The notes beneath the pieces were generated by a model, which saw only the letters and a program-made list of their open reading frames with translations, made no database searches and was not told where the DNA came from. Positions 40,531 through 55,620 of a DNA stretch of 64,000 nt are shown here, piece after piece (position 1 is the first letter of the stretch; the number at the start of each line of letters is the position of its first letter). A program made the translations under genes and the position numbers. Origin of the DNA: Camelus dromedarius (taxonomy: Eukaryota); contig NC_087447.1 in NCBI RefSeq assembly GCF_036321535.1, forward strand, positions 41,976,001-42,040,000, given 5' to 3'.

Positions 40531-40746
40531 TAGTTGACCCTTGATCAGCATGGGAGATTAGGGGCACCACTTTGATGCAGTCAAAAATCCACATTTAACT
40601 TTACAGTCAACCCTGTGTTCCTGTGATGCTGCGTTTGCAGTTTCAATCAGATGCAGATCATGTAGTACTGAAGTACAAATTTAGTGAGAAAAATTCTTGT
40701 AAGTAGACCCACACAGTTTGAACCCATGTTGTTCAAGAGTCTGCTG
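40531..40746. mobile_element. Tigger2-derived MITE (Tigger2a_Art-like)
   Basis: TIR-like ends tagttgacccttga...ttcaagagtctgctg flanked by TA on both sides. Confidence 0.8.
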
Positions 40747-41245
40747 TACAATGTATTGATCAAGTACTCTGCAACCTTGTTTAACTCACTTATTTAACAA
40801 GTAGCTTTTTTGTAGATTCTTGCAGATTTTCTACATAGACAATGATATTATCTACAAATAAAGACTTTTTACTTCTTCCTTTCCAATCTGGATGCCTTTT
40901 ATTTCTTTTTCTTGCTTTATTTCACTAGCTAGAACATCGAGTACAATGCTAAGCAGATATCCCTGCACGCTTCGTGATCTTAGAGGGAAGGCATTCAGTC
41001 TTTCATTACTAAGTATAATGTACAGCTGTAGGGTTTTTCGTAGATGCTTTATCAGATTGGAGAAATTTTCTTCTGTTTCTACATGCGAAGAGTTTTCATC
41101 AAGCATTTTGTCAAGTTCTTTTTTGCATTTAATGAAATAGTTGTGTTTTTTCTTTCTCCGTTTATTATGGTGAATTGCACTGATTGATTCTGAATATTAA
41201 ACCCACCCAGCATTCCTAGGATAAACCTCACTTGGTCATAATGTT

Positions 41246-41453
41246 CTATTGACCCTTGAACAGTGCAGGGTTTAGTGGCACTAACCCTCCTCACAGTCAA
41301 AAAACTGTAAAGCCACTTTACAGTGGCCCTCTGTATCCGAGGTTCCACATCTTCAGATTCAGTCAACCACAGATCACGTAGTACTGTAGTATGTATTTAG
41401 TGAAAAAAGTCCACATATAATTGCAGTTCAGACCTTTGTTGTTCAAGAGTCAT
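41246..41453. mobile_element. Second Tigger2-derived MITE (Tigger2a_Art-like)
   Basis: 'ttgacccttgaacagtgcaggg...gtagtactgtagta...ttgttcaagagtca'; homologous to 40531-40746. Confidence 0.8.
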
Positions 41454-42879
41454 ATATTGTTCTTTTAACATGCTAGATTTGATTTGCCAAAGTTTTGTTT
41501 AAAGTTTTTGCATCTATGTCCATGAAGCATATTGGTTTATTTTTGTAATGTTTTCTGGTTTTGTTATCAGTGTAACACTGGCCTCATAGAATGAATTGGA
41601 AATTATTTCCTCCTCTTTAGTTATTTGGAAGAGTTTGTATTGAAAGGGTATTAGTTCTTTCTTAAATGTTTGGTAGAATTCTTAGTAGAGCCATATGTCG
41701 GGAGTTTTCTTTGTGGAAAGATTTTTTGCTCCAATTTCAATTACTATAATAGATATAGGACTATTCAGGTTATCTGTTTCCTCTTGATTGAAGTTTGATA
41801 GTTTGTATCTTTCAAGGAATTTGTCCATTTCATATAAGTTGTCAATATTGTTGATATAAAGTTATTCATGATATTCTTTATGATCATTTTAATGTCTATA
41901 GAATTTCTAATAATGTTACCTCTCATTCTTGATGATGGTGATTTTGTCTTTTTTTCCTAATCAGTCTGACTAGAGATTTATCAATTTTATCATCTTCCCA
42001 AAGAACCAGCTTTTGGTCTCATTGGTCTTCTTTATTGTTTTTCTGCTTTCTGTTTCATTGATTACTGCTTTAATCTTTATTAATTACCTTCTATTTGTTT
42101 AAATTTTAATTTTTTTCTTTTCTGATTTCTGTAAGGGTAAGCTAAGGTCATTGACTTGAAACCATTCTTCTCTTCTGATACAGGCATTTATTTCTATGAA
42201 TCTCCCCCAAATTATTGCTTTAGTGGCATCTCACAAATTCTGATATGTTGTGTTTTCATTTTCATTTAGTACAAAGTATTTTCTAATTCCCCTTTTATTT
42301 CTTCTTTAATCTGTTAGTTATTTAGTTGCCAAATATTTGGAGATTTTTCTAAATACCTATCTACTATTTATTTCTAATTTAATTTCATTTTGATCAGAGA
42401 ATATGCTTTGTATGATTTGAATCCCTTTAAATATATTAGGACCTATTACTAGAAAGCAGGTTTTCTTGGTAAATGTTTTGTATGCACTTGAAAAGCATAG
42501 GTATTTTGCTGTTGTGCTATCAATGTCAATTAGATTAAGTTAGTTGATAGTGTTATTCAAGTCTATTGCATACTTGCTGATTTTCTACTATAGTCCTATT
42601 AATTACTTAGAGAGAGGTACTGAAATCTCCAACTATAATTATGTATTTATTTCTCCTTGCATTTCTATCTGATTTCATTCATGTATTTTGATGCTCTCTT
42701 ATTTGATACATAAATACTTTGGAGTTTTGTGTCTTCTTGATTAATTGACCCTTTACCTTATAAAATGACCTTCTTTATCTGTGGCAATATTTTTGCTTTG
42801 AAATTATCTTCTATTAACATAGCCACTCCAGCTTCCTTTTGACTAGTGTCAGCATACTATATATTTTTCCATCCTTTTT

Positions 42880-43440
42880 TAAAGTAAACTTTTAGAGTAT
42901 TTTGACATTTACCAAAAGTTGCAAAGATAATACACATAGTTTCTGTGTGTCCTCACCAGTTTCTCTTGTCAGCAGCCTTTCATAAATGTTTTATTGAGAT
43001 ATAATTCATATGGCCTAACAGTTCACTCATTTAAAGTATACATTTCAGTGGATTTTAGTATATTTTATTTCACCACAATCAATTTTAAAACATTTTTATT
43101 ATTGCAAAAACACCTTACCCATTAGCTGTCACTACCGATTTGCCCTACCCCCTGAGCCCTAGCCCACAACTAATCTAATTTCTGTCTCTACAGATTTGCC
43201 TGTTCTGGATGTTTCATATAAATGAACCCACACAATACGTGAACTTTCATGACTGGCTTCTTTCACTTAGCATAGTGTTTTCAGGGTTCATCCATGGTAT
43301 AGCATGTATCAGTACCTCATATCTTTTTATTGCCACGTATTACATTTTAAGTGTACACCACATTTTATTCATCACTTAATATACATTTGGGTTGTTTCCA
43401 TCTTTTATTGAGATGTATTCATATACCATAAATTTTACTC
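42880..43440 (-). mobile_element. Stack of L1MB/L1MC-like 3' UTR fragments
   Basis: 'ttttattgagatataattcata...gactggcttctttcacttagcatagtgttttcagggttcatcc', plus a second 'ttttattgagatg' tail at ~43403. Confidence 0.75.
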
Positions 43441-44439
43441 TTAAAAAAACTACGTAAAGGGCTTTCCTTCTCCAAGTAGTAGGGGGTTTCGGCTTTAAGT
43501 GATCTTCAAAATTTGTTACTGTTTATAAACCTATTTTATGACTTCTAAAAATTTATTAACATCTCTGATCTAGTGTTGTCTCCTTTCTCATTCTCTTTGT
43601 TCTTGTATGTTTTTAACACTTTTTTCCTTTGCAGTCATTTCAGTGGGGTACAGGAACCAAAAGAATATTCATTCTGCCACATTTAATAAAAATCTCAAAG
43701 TTATTTTTGAAGAAGGAAAATAAATTGTTCAAAATTCTATTACCTTTACTTCATTTTCATTTTGCCTTTCTCCTCCCAGTCTTTGTGAATTTGCGCACAC
43801 AATCATGGCATAATTGACTTGTTTTTCTGAAATATAGGAAAGCACTTAATTCATAAGCACATTATCATGTTAACCACTTTAATGGCAGCATAATATTCTT
43901 TTGTGTTGATAATGTACCACCATTTACCTAACCTTTTTTTCTCAATTAGTTAAACATTAAAATTGCTAACTTTGGAGGGGGTATAGCTATTAAAGATAAT
44001 GATATGAGAAACATTTTTGTTGAGCTTTGGGGCTATTTACAAGTGCACGTAGTGAAAAGTATTACTCACCAAATTCCTCCATTTCCTGTGCCAGGACTCT
44101 GATGCCTTTCTTCTGTTGCTCCTTTTGCACTTACACCTTTACGCATCTACTAGTCTTTTTGCTGATTATGTTCTCCCAATCAGGCCCTTTATCCTCCCAC
44201 TTTACAGTGCTGCCGTGAACAGTATTAGGCTCCATCACATGTGGAGTTCTTACCTCTGCATGTAGATTCTAGGCACTTTGTAGACAGGGATCTCATAGTG
44301 CCTGGTATTGAGTTCATAAAAAACACAAATTTCCAGTAAACACTTACGGATAGATTTTGGGGGGCTTGTTTGTAAACAGGTTTAAGAATAGTTAAATTAA
44401 AGATGTTTAAAAATCTGAGTTCCTAAAAATATGAATAAA

Positions 44440-45180
44440 AATAAAAACTTAATTGATCATGTATAATGGACTCTAGAAAAACAATTCATTGTTTTAAAAA
44501 ACTGATAAATGAAGGGATAAAATCATGTATTTATCCTGCTTTCTAATACAGACTATATGTTTGGGTCTCCAAACAGTTGATGAAGAGAAATTTCTCTTTA
44601 TAGAAATATTTTAGCTAATAAGTGAGGAAGTAATGCTAGAATGAGAATATCAGTATTTTATTACTCCTAATTAATGAATCTAGGCATTGGCTACCAGTGG
44701 CTTTTAACAGCACAGAAGGAGAGGCAACTAGATTTGCCTCTTATGGTACATGCAGTATTCCTGCCAAACTTGACCAGCTTCTAGAATTTGATTAAGCTTC
44801 TAGATTCAATGTCCAATATGCAGGAAATCCAGAAGACAAAAGAATATGTCACATGAGAACATTGGGATGCAATCAGCAACCACCATACTGATGGAAACTC
44901 AAATGAATGATCCAATTTCTTCAACTATTTAAATAGATTGCAAATGGTGGGGGGAAAGAGAGTCAGACAGACAGATGAAAATTAACCTCAGAGATATATA
45001 AACTAATGTAATATATGGGCCTTATTTGAGTCCTTACTGAGTCAAACAGACCAATTGTTTTTTCCCCTTGTTTTAAAAAAATTTTTGGCAAAGAAAAGCT
45101 TTTTTTAACATTAATAAGATAATTACAATTTTAAACACTGACTATTTGATATTGAAGAATTATTGTTAATTTTTTTCAAA
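44440..45180 (+). mobile_element. Old L1MC-like 3' UTR fragment, probably sense orientation
   Basis: 'catgtatttatcctgcttt...tttctctttatagaaatatt...ccaatttcttcaac'. Assignment from memory. Confidence 0.5.
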
Positions 45181-45454
45181 TAGTGGATTTGTAAAAAGTC
45201 TGTGTGAAATAATTTCTCATTAGAAAAATAACCAATGTACAATAACCCCAAAATGTTTATTGTTACAGATAACAATGGGAATATTTCCTCTAGGCACTAT
45301 TAAATAGTACTGAAACTAACAATCAAAGTTGACAGTTGACATGAATCATTGTTTATAATAGCTTAAAGTTGGAAATAATACAAATATCCATTAACAGGAA
45401 CAAGGAGATGCTTTATATTCATACAGTGGAATTCTATACAATAATTAAACTGTG

Positions 45455-45710
45455 TAATGATTAAGAAATTCAATTCTGTAGCTAAACTGCCTGGGTTTGA
45501 ATCCCAGCTCTGGTTTTGCTGTTTCCTGGCAATATTCCCTTGGACAAGTTACTTCGCTGTGCCTCAGTTTCTTCACCTTTAAAACAAGGGTAATAATAAG
45601 TACTTATCTCAATGCATCATAAGTTTGCTGTTAAGGACTAAATAAGTTGATAAATATAAGTAGTGAGAGATCAGTACAAATTAGTTATGATAATAATTAT
45701 TTATTATTAC
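45455..45710 (+). mobile_element. MIR SINE
   Basis: 'ctgcctgggtttgaatcccagctct...ctgtgcctcagtttcttcacctttaaaac'. Confidence 0.8.
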
Positions 45711-48204
45711 CTTAATAAGTCTAGTAACATAATACGTGAAAAACCAAGTTGCTCAATAAATCACAGTGCAGTACCATTTATATAAAGTTTGAAAACCTAC
45801 CCCCCCAAAAAAAACCTACCCTGTATAAAAAGTAGGAGGTCATAAAGGTGGCGTATGGGCAAATTTGAGAAGCCATCTTGGGAAGGTCTTTTCTTCCAAC
45901 CAAATAAGTGATTAGAATCATGAGATAGTTTTATCCACAGGTGCTTATTTTCTTTGTTTACTAAAACTACTATTACTATCACAGGATATAACGAATCTGA
46001 ACACCTGAACAGTCTCATTGCATCTTTCTTTAGATAATTATAGTTTTATTTTGTGAAGTATCTTATATTTTGTATCTTACAGAATGTCATAGAATAATGG
46101 AAAACCTTCTCTCTATTCCCTTCTCTTCTACCCATCTTGCTGTGTGACCTTGGGCAAATCCATTTTCTTTGTAGGGTGTCTCAAATGCACAGTGAGGACA
46201 TGCAGTGTTCACCTTACACCCAACTTTCTAGCCCAGTCAGACTACAGAGCTCCATTTTTACAATTCCTATTTTTAAAAAAGCCCTCATGAATCTAGGCAG
46301 GATAAAGTGCCACTGCCCTCTGCTGGTCCTAAGAACACACCTGCCCATCAGTGCAGTGGCCTCATCCTAACAGCAAAGGACACAGTGTCCTTCGCTTGCA
46401 CTGAGAAGACATAGCAGGAAACCACAAAGAAAAGAGGCAAATTTCATGTTTGGAAAAATAATAATATTTTAAGTATTTGGCGATTAATTTCTTATGCATA
46501 TATCAGATGCCATAGCTATTTGTGATTCTCTTGCCACCAAAAAGTGTTCTCCTAAAATCACTTCACCCTGCTAATCAGTCTCACCTAATAAACAAGCTGT
46601 GGATTCTGACTCTTTGGGCCACTGTCTCTGTTTTATACCGTTTTTCTGTCTTGGGAGTCCACTTCTATTGAGAAGATTTATGGTAGTTTTTGCATAGTCA
46701 CTTTTAGTTTGTGAATAAACAGGAAGATAATAACTGATACGTGCCAAGGAAAATGAATACAAAGCATCAGTAAGAAAAATGCTGAAAAATAAAGTTGGGG
46801 CGTCATTATACTCTCAAATTCCTATAGAGCTCTGTCAAGTTGTAATAAGAGATTTATAATTAATAATAACTTTTTTGGTCTGTTGATGATCCTAAAAGTA
46901 CTTTATGTGAGCAACTGATAAGGATTTGTTAAGAGCTGAGTTTTTCTGAGCTCACTTATATTAATTTCGTTTCAGAACTCCAGAATTCTAAGATCTGTTA
47001 TTTGTTATATTGCATTTATAAGAAATGGTCTGCCTCTGACTTTACTTACGGGAAAAGCAGTTGAGAATTACACTTTTACCTTGTTTAAATTTTATGCCTT
47101 TAAAATCTCTTTCATAATAGGCCTGCACATTGCCACTGAGGTCATTGTCATTCCTTAGAGTGGTTATGCGCCCCCCGCCCCCAAAAATGTGCAACCCACA
47201 TCCCAAGCATCTTCAAGCAGAGAATAGAAGGAGCCTGTGATTCACAGTATCTGTGGTTTCTGCTTACATACTCACAGAACCGCACACATTTTGTTTTGTC
47301 CTTGATTTCCCATAGGTAGGTAGTAGCTGTGTCTTAAATGAGCAGACAGGCATTATGATCAACAATGAACCTTTTGCAGCTTCCCCTTGGGGAACTCTTG
47401 ATTTTTGCTTCATGGCTATAGCCACCTTAAAGAGTTATAGTTGATCACCCCAGCAGCAGTACATAGGCCTGTCTTGAAAGGGACTTACATGTGGATGCAG
47501 AAATACAGAGACTCTCTAGGCAAAATCACAGCCAGTCCACTTGCATCTATATAAGACCTATATTTCATGGTACACATGGTGCCTGTTTCAGTTCTAGGTT
47601 TAGTCTGCTCTAGACCAAGAAGGAAATTAGCATGCATTGAGCATATGCTTTTTACCAGGTATCTTATATATCTCTTCTGCATCCATAAGAAATGAACCAA
47701 CTTTTGCTACATAACGGTTACATATATAATCTTAATAATAACCTTCAGTGTCCAATATCTTAGGAGAAGATAATTCACCTATTAAATTGCTTCAAAAGAA
47801 AACTTACACTATCAGGAACTTTAATTCTACTGATAGAAAACAGATTAACTCAATTCTAAAGAATAAAGTGGACCAAAAGAGTTGTCTGTTTAATGAGAAT
47901 GTTGTGTGCTATTTGCTAAGAAATGATGGATTTAAAATTTTTTGAAACGTCTTTAACTTTTAGAGCTGAGAGTTAACAACTGTGGAAAGGTGACTCAAAT
48001 CATAAACTGAAATTTGGCAATTGTAAATTATCCATAAAACTTAAAATGCAGTGTTAATGAAAATTATATCAGAATATTACTTTGAGAGGCAGAATATTAC
48101 TTTGAGAAACAAAATCCTGAAGTGAAAAAAAAAAAACCAGACAGCTATACTAAATAGCATTTAACTTATTTATGATTTGCTTTCAGTCCCTTTGCAAGAT
48201 AATC

Positions 48205-48410
48205 TGATATAGTAAAGAGAGCAGGGGCTTTGGAACCAAACTTTGGGCTTGAAACCGAGTTCCACCACTTATGTAATTGCTGTATGACTTTGGGCAATCA
48301 CTTAAACCTCCTTGAACTTCTGTTTTCTCTTCATTAAATTGGAAATAATAATGTGCATCTTACAAGATTTTTAGCATTAAATGAGATATGTAAATATTTA
48401 TGAAATATCT
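48205..48410 (+). mobile_element. MIR SINE
   Basis: 'ctgtatgactttgggcaatcacttaaacctc...aaatgagatatgtaaa'. Confidence 0.75.
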
Positions 48411-49135
48411 CAAATGACTACAAAGTTAGTTTTCTTTCCCTCTCTCGTTAATCACAGAATAAGATTTTCTTTTAATTTCAAGTCCAGCAGGAAATCCTGG
48501 AAAGGAAGGTTTGGTTTGAGATTACCTTCCCATGCCCAGATTTTGTTACCAGAAAATGCCCTTGAAGCCCAGGACAGTCTGCTAGGGAGTATGTGAGCCG
48601 AGCAGCAGCTATGGTAGGGAGGTAAAGGGCTGGAGTGAGCAGAAGGAAGAGTGCAAATCCTCTTGGGTCCCAAATTCATGATATGCCCTCATTCTGTGTG
48701 TGAGGCCAAGCTGTAGGCTCACTGACATCTCAGTTAGCGCCCTCACCAAATGTACTCTAAAACCAAATAGAAGAAATTTTAAATTATCTGGAGTTTGATG
48801 TTTAGGTTGTGATGGATTTTATTATATATCCTAAGTGTAATAAGAGCTGCCAGCTCTAGTGTATACTATGTACACCATACAGTGCTAAGTACTCTTTTTC
48901 ATATATTCTCTAATTCTAGACTACTTTTGATTTTTAGCTGTTGCTAAAATATCCATTTTAATAAGAAAAGTGACAGAGACCCTGAAGGATTTTATAGCAA
49001 GCCCCAAGCTGCTGGTTAGAAATGAGTAAGTTATTGACTGCTAAGCTTACACTACCATGCGATATTGTTTAGATACATCCTTTGATCACATCTGTGATTA
49101 ACTGTGGCCCCTGTAACCCTCTGACTCAGTCATGA

Positions 49136-49354
<219 letters not shown>

Positions 49355-51270
49355 TAAAGAAGAAAGGTACCTGTGTGGGGCTGGGTTCCTGGCTTCAAGA
49401 AAAGCTCACTCAGGTATTCCCAGGGCCAAAGGAAATCTAGCCACTTCCTACCACTGTATTTGGGGTTTACTTTAGGGAGCCCTCTGGTGAACATCTTTTA
49501 GCTATTGATTTCTGACATTATTTTTTTCCATCATAACTTCTTAATATAGCTCTTTAGCACTGGAATTATTTTCTTATATTTTAATAAATAAGAATTACCT
49601 GGAAACAATTATAGGAAGCTGAACAGAAAGAACCAACCTAAAATACCTAGGCATATGTCTTTATACAATTAACTTCTTGAAGAATTGTCAAATTAAAGTT
49701 AATTGACTCTAAAATAAATACTCAGGAGTATACCAGGAATAAATCTTTTAGGAATATTCTATGTATTTCCATATATTTATCAACATAAAATGTATTTAAG
49801 AAAAATATCAAGAAAATATTTTTAAATAAAATTATTTTTAACTTGAAAGAGTACTTTAAATTTTTCTGAAATTTTGAAATGTTATACTCTAACTGTCTGG
49901 TCTTGGGAAATTCACTTTTACCTCTCTATGCATTATTTCCACATTGGTAAAGTGAATAGCTGTGATTGTTTTAAGATTTTATTATCTAATACAGGTGAAA
50001 GGCATGAAGAGTGCCTGACACATAGTAAATAAAGGTTAGAAGTTATTATCTTCATTAATTGAACGTAAAAGCAGCACTAAAGACTGATTATCAATGTTGA
50101 TTCACTTTAAGAATAATTTTTAATTCTACATGCTGGGCTAATATAGGGCTGCTACTCCTTTCCCTCATCCTCCATTTTAAATTTGCCTTATATTGTGTAA
50201 GATAAAGGAACCTAGATACCTAACAGAAACTACATAGTAGTAGTCAAATGCTTCTATGTCTCAAGTAATTTTAAACGTATTGGTCTCGTATTGAGTATAA
50301 TAAGAACAGAAACTTTAAAAACAAATAGCACTATCTGACATCGATCTGATATTCCAAATTATTATTGTACAATAGTTTTAATTGTTTGCTTAATTTAATT
50401 TAAAACTCAGATTTTTCTTTCACAACACTGGTGTACTTGAATAAAGGGTAACTTGTAGCAGATCCACAGACTGTTAGTTTGAGGTCATGGTCAGAAATAA
50501 CTGGGCTGGTGGAATGCATTTGATAGTTTTTTAAGCAGATGTAATACTAACATTGGTATATCTCAAAAGCATAAATAGAGCAAATAAATGTCACTGCTTT
50601 TGTGTCCTATGTTCAAAAGAAGTCTCTCTCTGAGCCCCAGGTTAGATGTAAGTGAGGCTATAGATATACCAACTCTTCATAAGCTGTAAAGTGCTATGCA
50701 AATGTGGGTTACTGTTACTGTTTAACTTTTTAGCCTACTAGGAAGGCCCTCTTCAAAATCCCATGGACACCTGTATACCCATGTAGTGATAATGTTTGAC
50801 TCCCACATTTACAAGGAAATCTAGCTCTGTTTTTTGTGACTTTGGTCATTCTATCCTTCCCTCCCAAAGAGCAGAAGAAAAGAAACATATCAGAGTATTA
50901 GTAAGTGCTACTGGAGCATTCATACCCGGGTATTTACAGGCACTTCAGGTCAACAGTTTGTTATAAATAACATCTTGAAGGGGATAGAGCCATAGAGATA
51001 AATAAACGCAGTGAAATATTAGCAGTGAGAAGGGTATATTCATCTGTGCTTTGCTGCTGCTTCCTTGGCCTTGTCACATGGTTCCACTCAAGTCCTGTTG
51101 GACTTGAGAAAAAAAGACTAGGTTTCATTTTGTTGTTGTTATTCTATTTTGTTTATGTATTTTCATTTTTACAGACATAGGTATTTAATAGATGAGTTAT
51201 TAAAACAGCTTTCATGGTTTTTGAAGCTTGTGTGAAGTGGTAGATTTGGACTTTTTGCTTTGTCTTCTAG

Positions 51271-51573
<303 letters not shown>

Positions 51574-51949
51574 TAGCAGAGGATATAGAGTATTTTGGGT
51601 AAATAATGCAGTACATATTTCAAAAAGTAACCATTTCTCCACCCTCAGACTTCCTCAGCTCTTCTCTATTAAAAGACTTTCACTACATCCAGCTATTCTT
51701 AATCACCTCCCGTACTCTCTTCTTTTTCATGACCCCTGATTTTTCAGATGTCTCAGTCACTACTGATCCAGCCCTCTGGTTACTGTCTGCCATGTTAATT
51801 TGTAGAAAGCACTCTGGAAAATTACTGATGAACTCCTTCTTGCCAAAGTGATTATTTGTTTCTTGGCCCTCCTTTTCCTCAGCTTATCTGTTGCATTTGC
51901 CTGTAATCAAGTGCTCAGCCATGCCTTGCTCTCAACCCTACTACTTCCC

Positions 51950-52300
51950 ATACTAGTGAGGCTAAAACCCACAGACTGCAGGGCCTGACAGGATCTGGCC
52001 CCTGGCTACCGCTCAGACCTTACTTCCTATCACTCTTCTATCAACCAGACTGGTCTCCCTGCTGACCTAATCCTCCAGCACTCTAAGGATGATGCTGCCT
52101 CAGGGCCTTTGTAGTTGTTGTTCCTGAAGTCTGGGATAGTCTCCCTGAAATAGTCACAAGAGTCACTCCCTCACTTCACTTACTCTCTGCTCTAATATCA
52201 CCCACCCAGAGAGGCTTTCCTGACTTCCCTGTCTCAAGTAGCACATTTGTCACTTTGTCCTACCTTTTTTTTTCTTTCATGATATTTTCTACAACCTGAT
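51950..52300 (+). mobile_element. L2 LINE fragment
   Basis: 'ctgcctcagggcctttg...ctccctcacttc...cagagaggctttcctgac'. Confidence 0.7.
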
Positions 52301-53140
52301 TTATACTGAGTGGCTAAGGTACCTGTGTTCTTTAATGTTTTGAGATGATGTGATGGCCATGTTCACTGTTTAGCTTTACTTCTAACACCAATTCACCTAA
52401 TATGGTTGGATTTGGACTAAAGAGAACTGGGCAAAGGAGTCTTTTCCATGATTAGCAGCCCAAAAGGGGGCATAGGAAGCAGGAGTATTTATTGAAAATG
52501 AGAACTGAATAAGCAACAAAGGCAGAGATTGAACATTCACATCGGCTTCATTTCAAATTCATTCCCTTCTCTTGTGTGATTTTTATCACCTACAGACGAA
52601 TGATGGCTTCAGAGTGACCAAAGTGGTTATGATTCACTTAGAGAAAGAAAAATATTGACAACAGAAGGGTTCATAGGACAAATTTGTTCTTCCATTTGGA
52701 GGAATATGCTATTTTCTAAAAAAATTTCTTTTACTTTGCCTACCAGGGAGATGTCCTCCAGTTGCCAAAGGCCAAAGATAACCATATTACTTTGTCTGTC
52801 TCCATGTGGTAATTAACTTGGGGGGATAAGTTTTTTCAGAAGGTTCAAGTATCAGATAATAAGTTAAAGAATCCCTTTTTGTTTTATTTTCTGTGGTTCC
52901 TGAATTCCTCTTAGAAGAATGACAGAAGGTATTCCTTACAAAAACAAACCTGGGTCAAAAGGACAGTGCTTCACAATAGCTTTCAGATATAGGCAACCAG
53001 AACATCATGTTTCACCATTGTCACTGATAAAGGAGCCATGGAGTTAAGTGAGGTCTACTTAAGTATACATCTCTTTGAGCAAGGTTAAATTGCTATGTAA
53101 ATTCACTGTGATGTAGTAGTCATTCATTACATTTGAGTAC

Positions 53141-54191
<1,051 letters not shown>

Positions 54192-54278
54192 TAATTGAGT
54201 AAGAATTATTTTTATTGGTCTTTTTCCAGCATCACACTTGACTTCCATGTAGTTTAGCCATGCTGTGTATTTATGTTT

Positions 54279-54908
54279 TGATTAGTTTTTAAAAGTATTT
54301 TTAAATTGTAGCAAAAAATGTGTATGTCTCTCATAAAATTTGTCATTTAAACTATTTTAAGTGTAAAATTCAGAGGCATTAAATATATTCACAGTGTTGT
54401 ACAACTATCACCACTATCTGTTACAAAATCTTCTTATCACTCCAACAGACACTAAGACATTAAGCAACAGCTCTCCATTCTCCACCCCTAGTCCCTGGTA
54501 ACCTCTAATCTACTTTCTACCTCTATGAATTTGCCTATTCTAGATGTTGCATATAAGTGAAGCCTTATAATACTTGTCCTTTTGTGTCTGGCTTAGTTCA
54601 CTTCATATAATGTTTTCACAGTTTATTCACTGTTGTAGCAGGTATTGTAACTTCATTCCTTTTTATGACTGAATAATACTCTATTGTATGGATGTACCAC
54701 ATTTTGCTTATCCATTCATCTGTTGATGGACACTTGCATTGCTTTGACCTTCTAGGTATTGTGAATAGTGCTACTATGAATATTGACATACAAGTATCTG
54801 AGTCTTATTTTCAGTTCTTTTGGGTGTATACATGGGAGTGGAATTGCTGGGTCATATGGTAATTCTGCGTTTAACTTTGTAAGGAATTGCCAAACTATGA
54901 TTAGTTTT
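54279..54908 (-). mobile_element. L1MB-like 3' fragment with an 11-bp TSD
   Basis: TSD tgattagtttt at 54279-54289 and 54898-54908 around typical L1 3' UTR/ORF2-end text. Confidence 0.88.
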
Positions 54909-54987
54909 CAATTGTAAAATGTCTAGAATTTGTTTTAATTCTGCTTACTTTGTGCTCTTTCATTTTGAATACTCTGGCTCATCCTAG

Positions 54988-55061
54988 GAATTGTAGCTAT
55001 GCACATTGAAACCCTAGAAGCAGTGCATCGAGAGAGTAGAAGACTTCCACCTATACAGAAG
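54988..55061 (+). CDS. SBF2: SBF2 coding exon, 74 nt ([25 protein letters not shown])
   Basis: Acceptor ctcatcctag|GA and donor AAG|gtaatt; hand translation is in frame with both neighbours. Confidence 0.95.
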
Positions 55062-55409
55062 GTAATTATTCCAGGCTGCATGCTTTCAGGGTATAATAGC
55101 TATTAAAAACAGCCACAGTAGACTGCTGTGGCCTAGAAAGTACCTTCTCCTAACTTTTTACAGGGACTGGCTCTAGTTTTAATGATACATTAAAGTTTCA
55201 GAGGAGTTTACATGTAGATCCTCATAAAAAGGATACTGAAGTAGAATAGAGGATCAACAAATAAGCAGTAATAACCTCATGTTGAGTCTACTTTTATAGG
55301 CAGGGCATACCTTATGAACATTCTAAATTCCAAGCCCAAGCTACGATTTTATACCCTGCCTACTACTTCCTTAAAATAAAAAAAAAAGGACTTAAGGCAA
55401 TTAGCATTA

Positions 55410-55620
55410 AAACACCAGTTTCCTGAATCTGTATGCATTACAAGCATACATCAGAAACATCTGGGAAGTCTATTAAAAATTGAGAGTCCTGAACCCTAGC
55501 CCAGCTTCTTGAATTGGAGTACCTTGGACTTGGCCTGGGAATCCGTACTTTAACAAGCCTCCCAAATGATTATTTTTGCAGCTAGTCTGGCACCAGTCTA
55601 TAGACTAGGGTTCAGGACTC
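55410..55620. mobile_element. MER5-like hAT MITE (similar relics at ~28550-28740 and ~57541-57730)
   Basis: 'catcagaaacatctgggaag...ggcctgggaatccgtactttaacaagcctcccaaatgatt'. Confidence 0.6.

Larger units (their letters stand above)
38790..42875 (-). mobile_element. Large old antisense LINE-1 (~4 kb, 3' UTR to ORF2 endonuclease region) with two nested MITEs
   Basis: ORF 40852..41106 (ERLNAFPLRS...QG...IVLDVLASEIKQEKEIKGIQIGKEEVK) is the L1 reverse-transcriptase region, within continuous antisense L1 text. Confidence 0.88.

Noticed and set aside
43972..43990. 'ggagggggtatagct', resembling the start of a tRNA or tRNA-derived SINE
   Set aside because: Similarity ends after about 15 nt; no B box, cloverleaf, tail or TSD.
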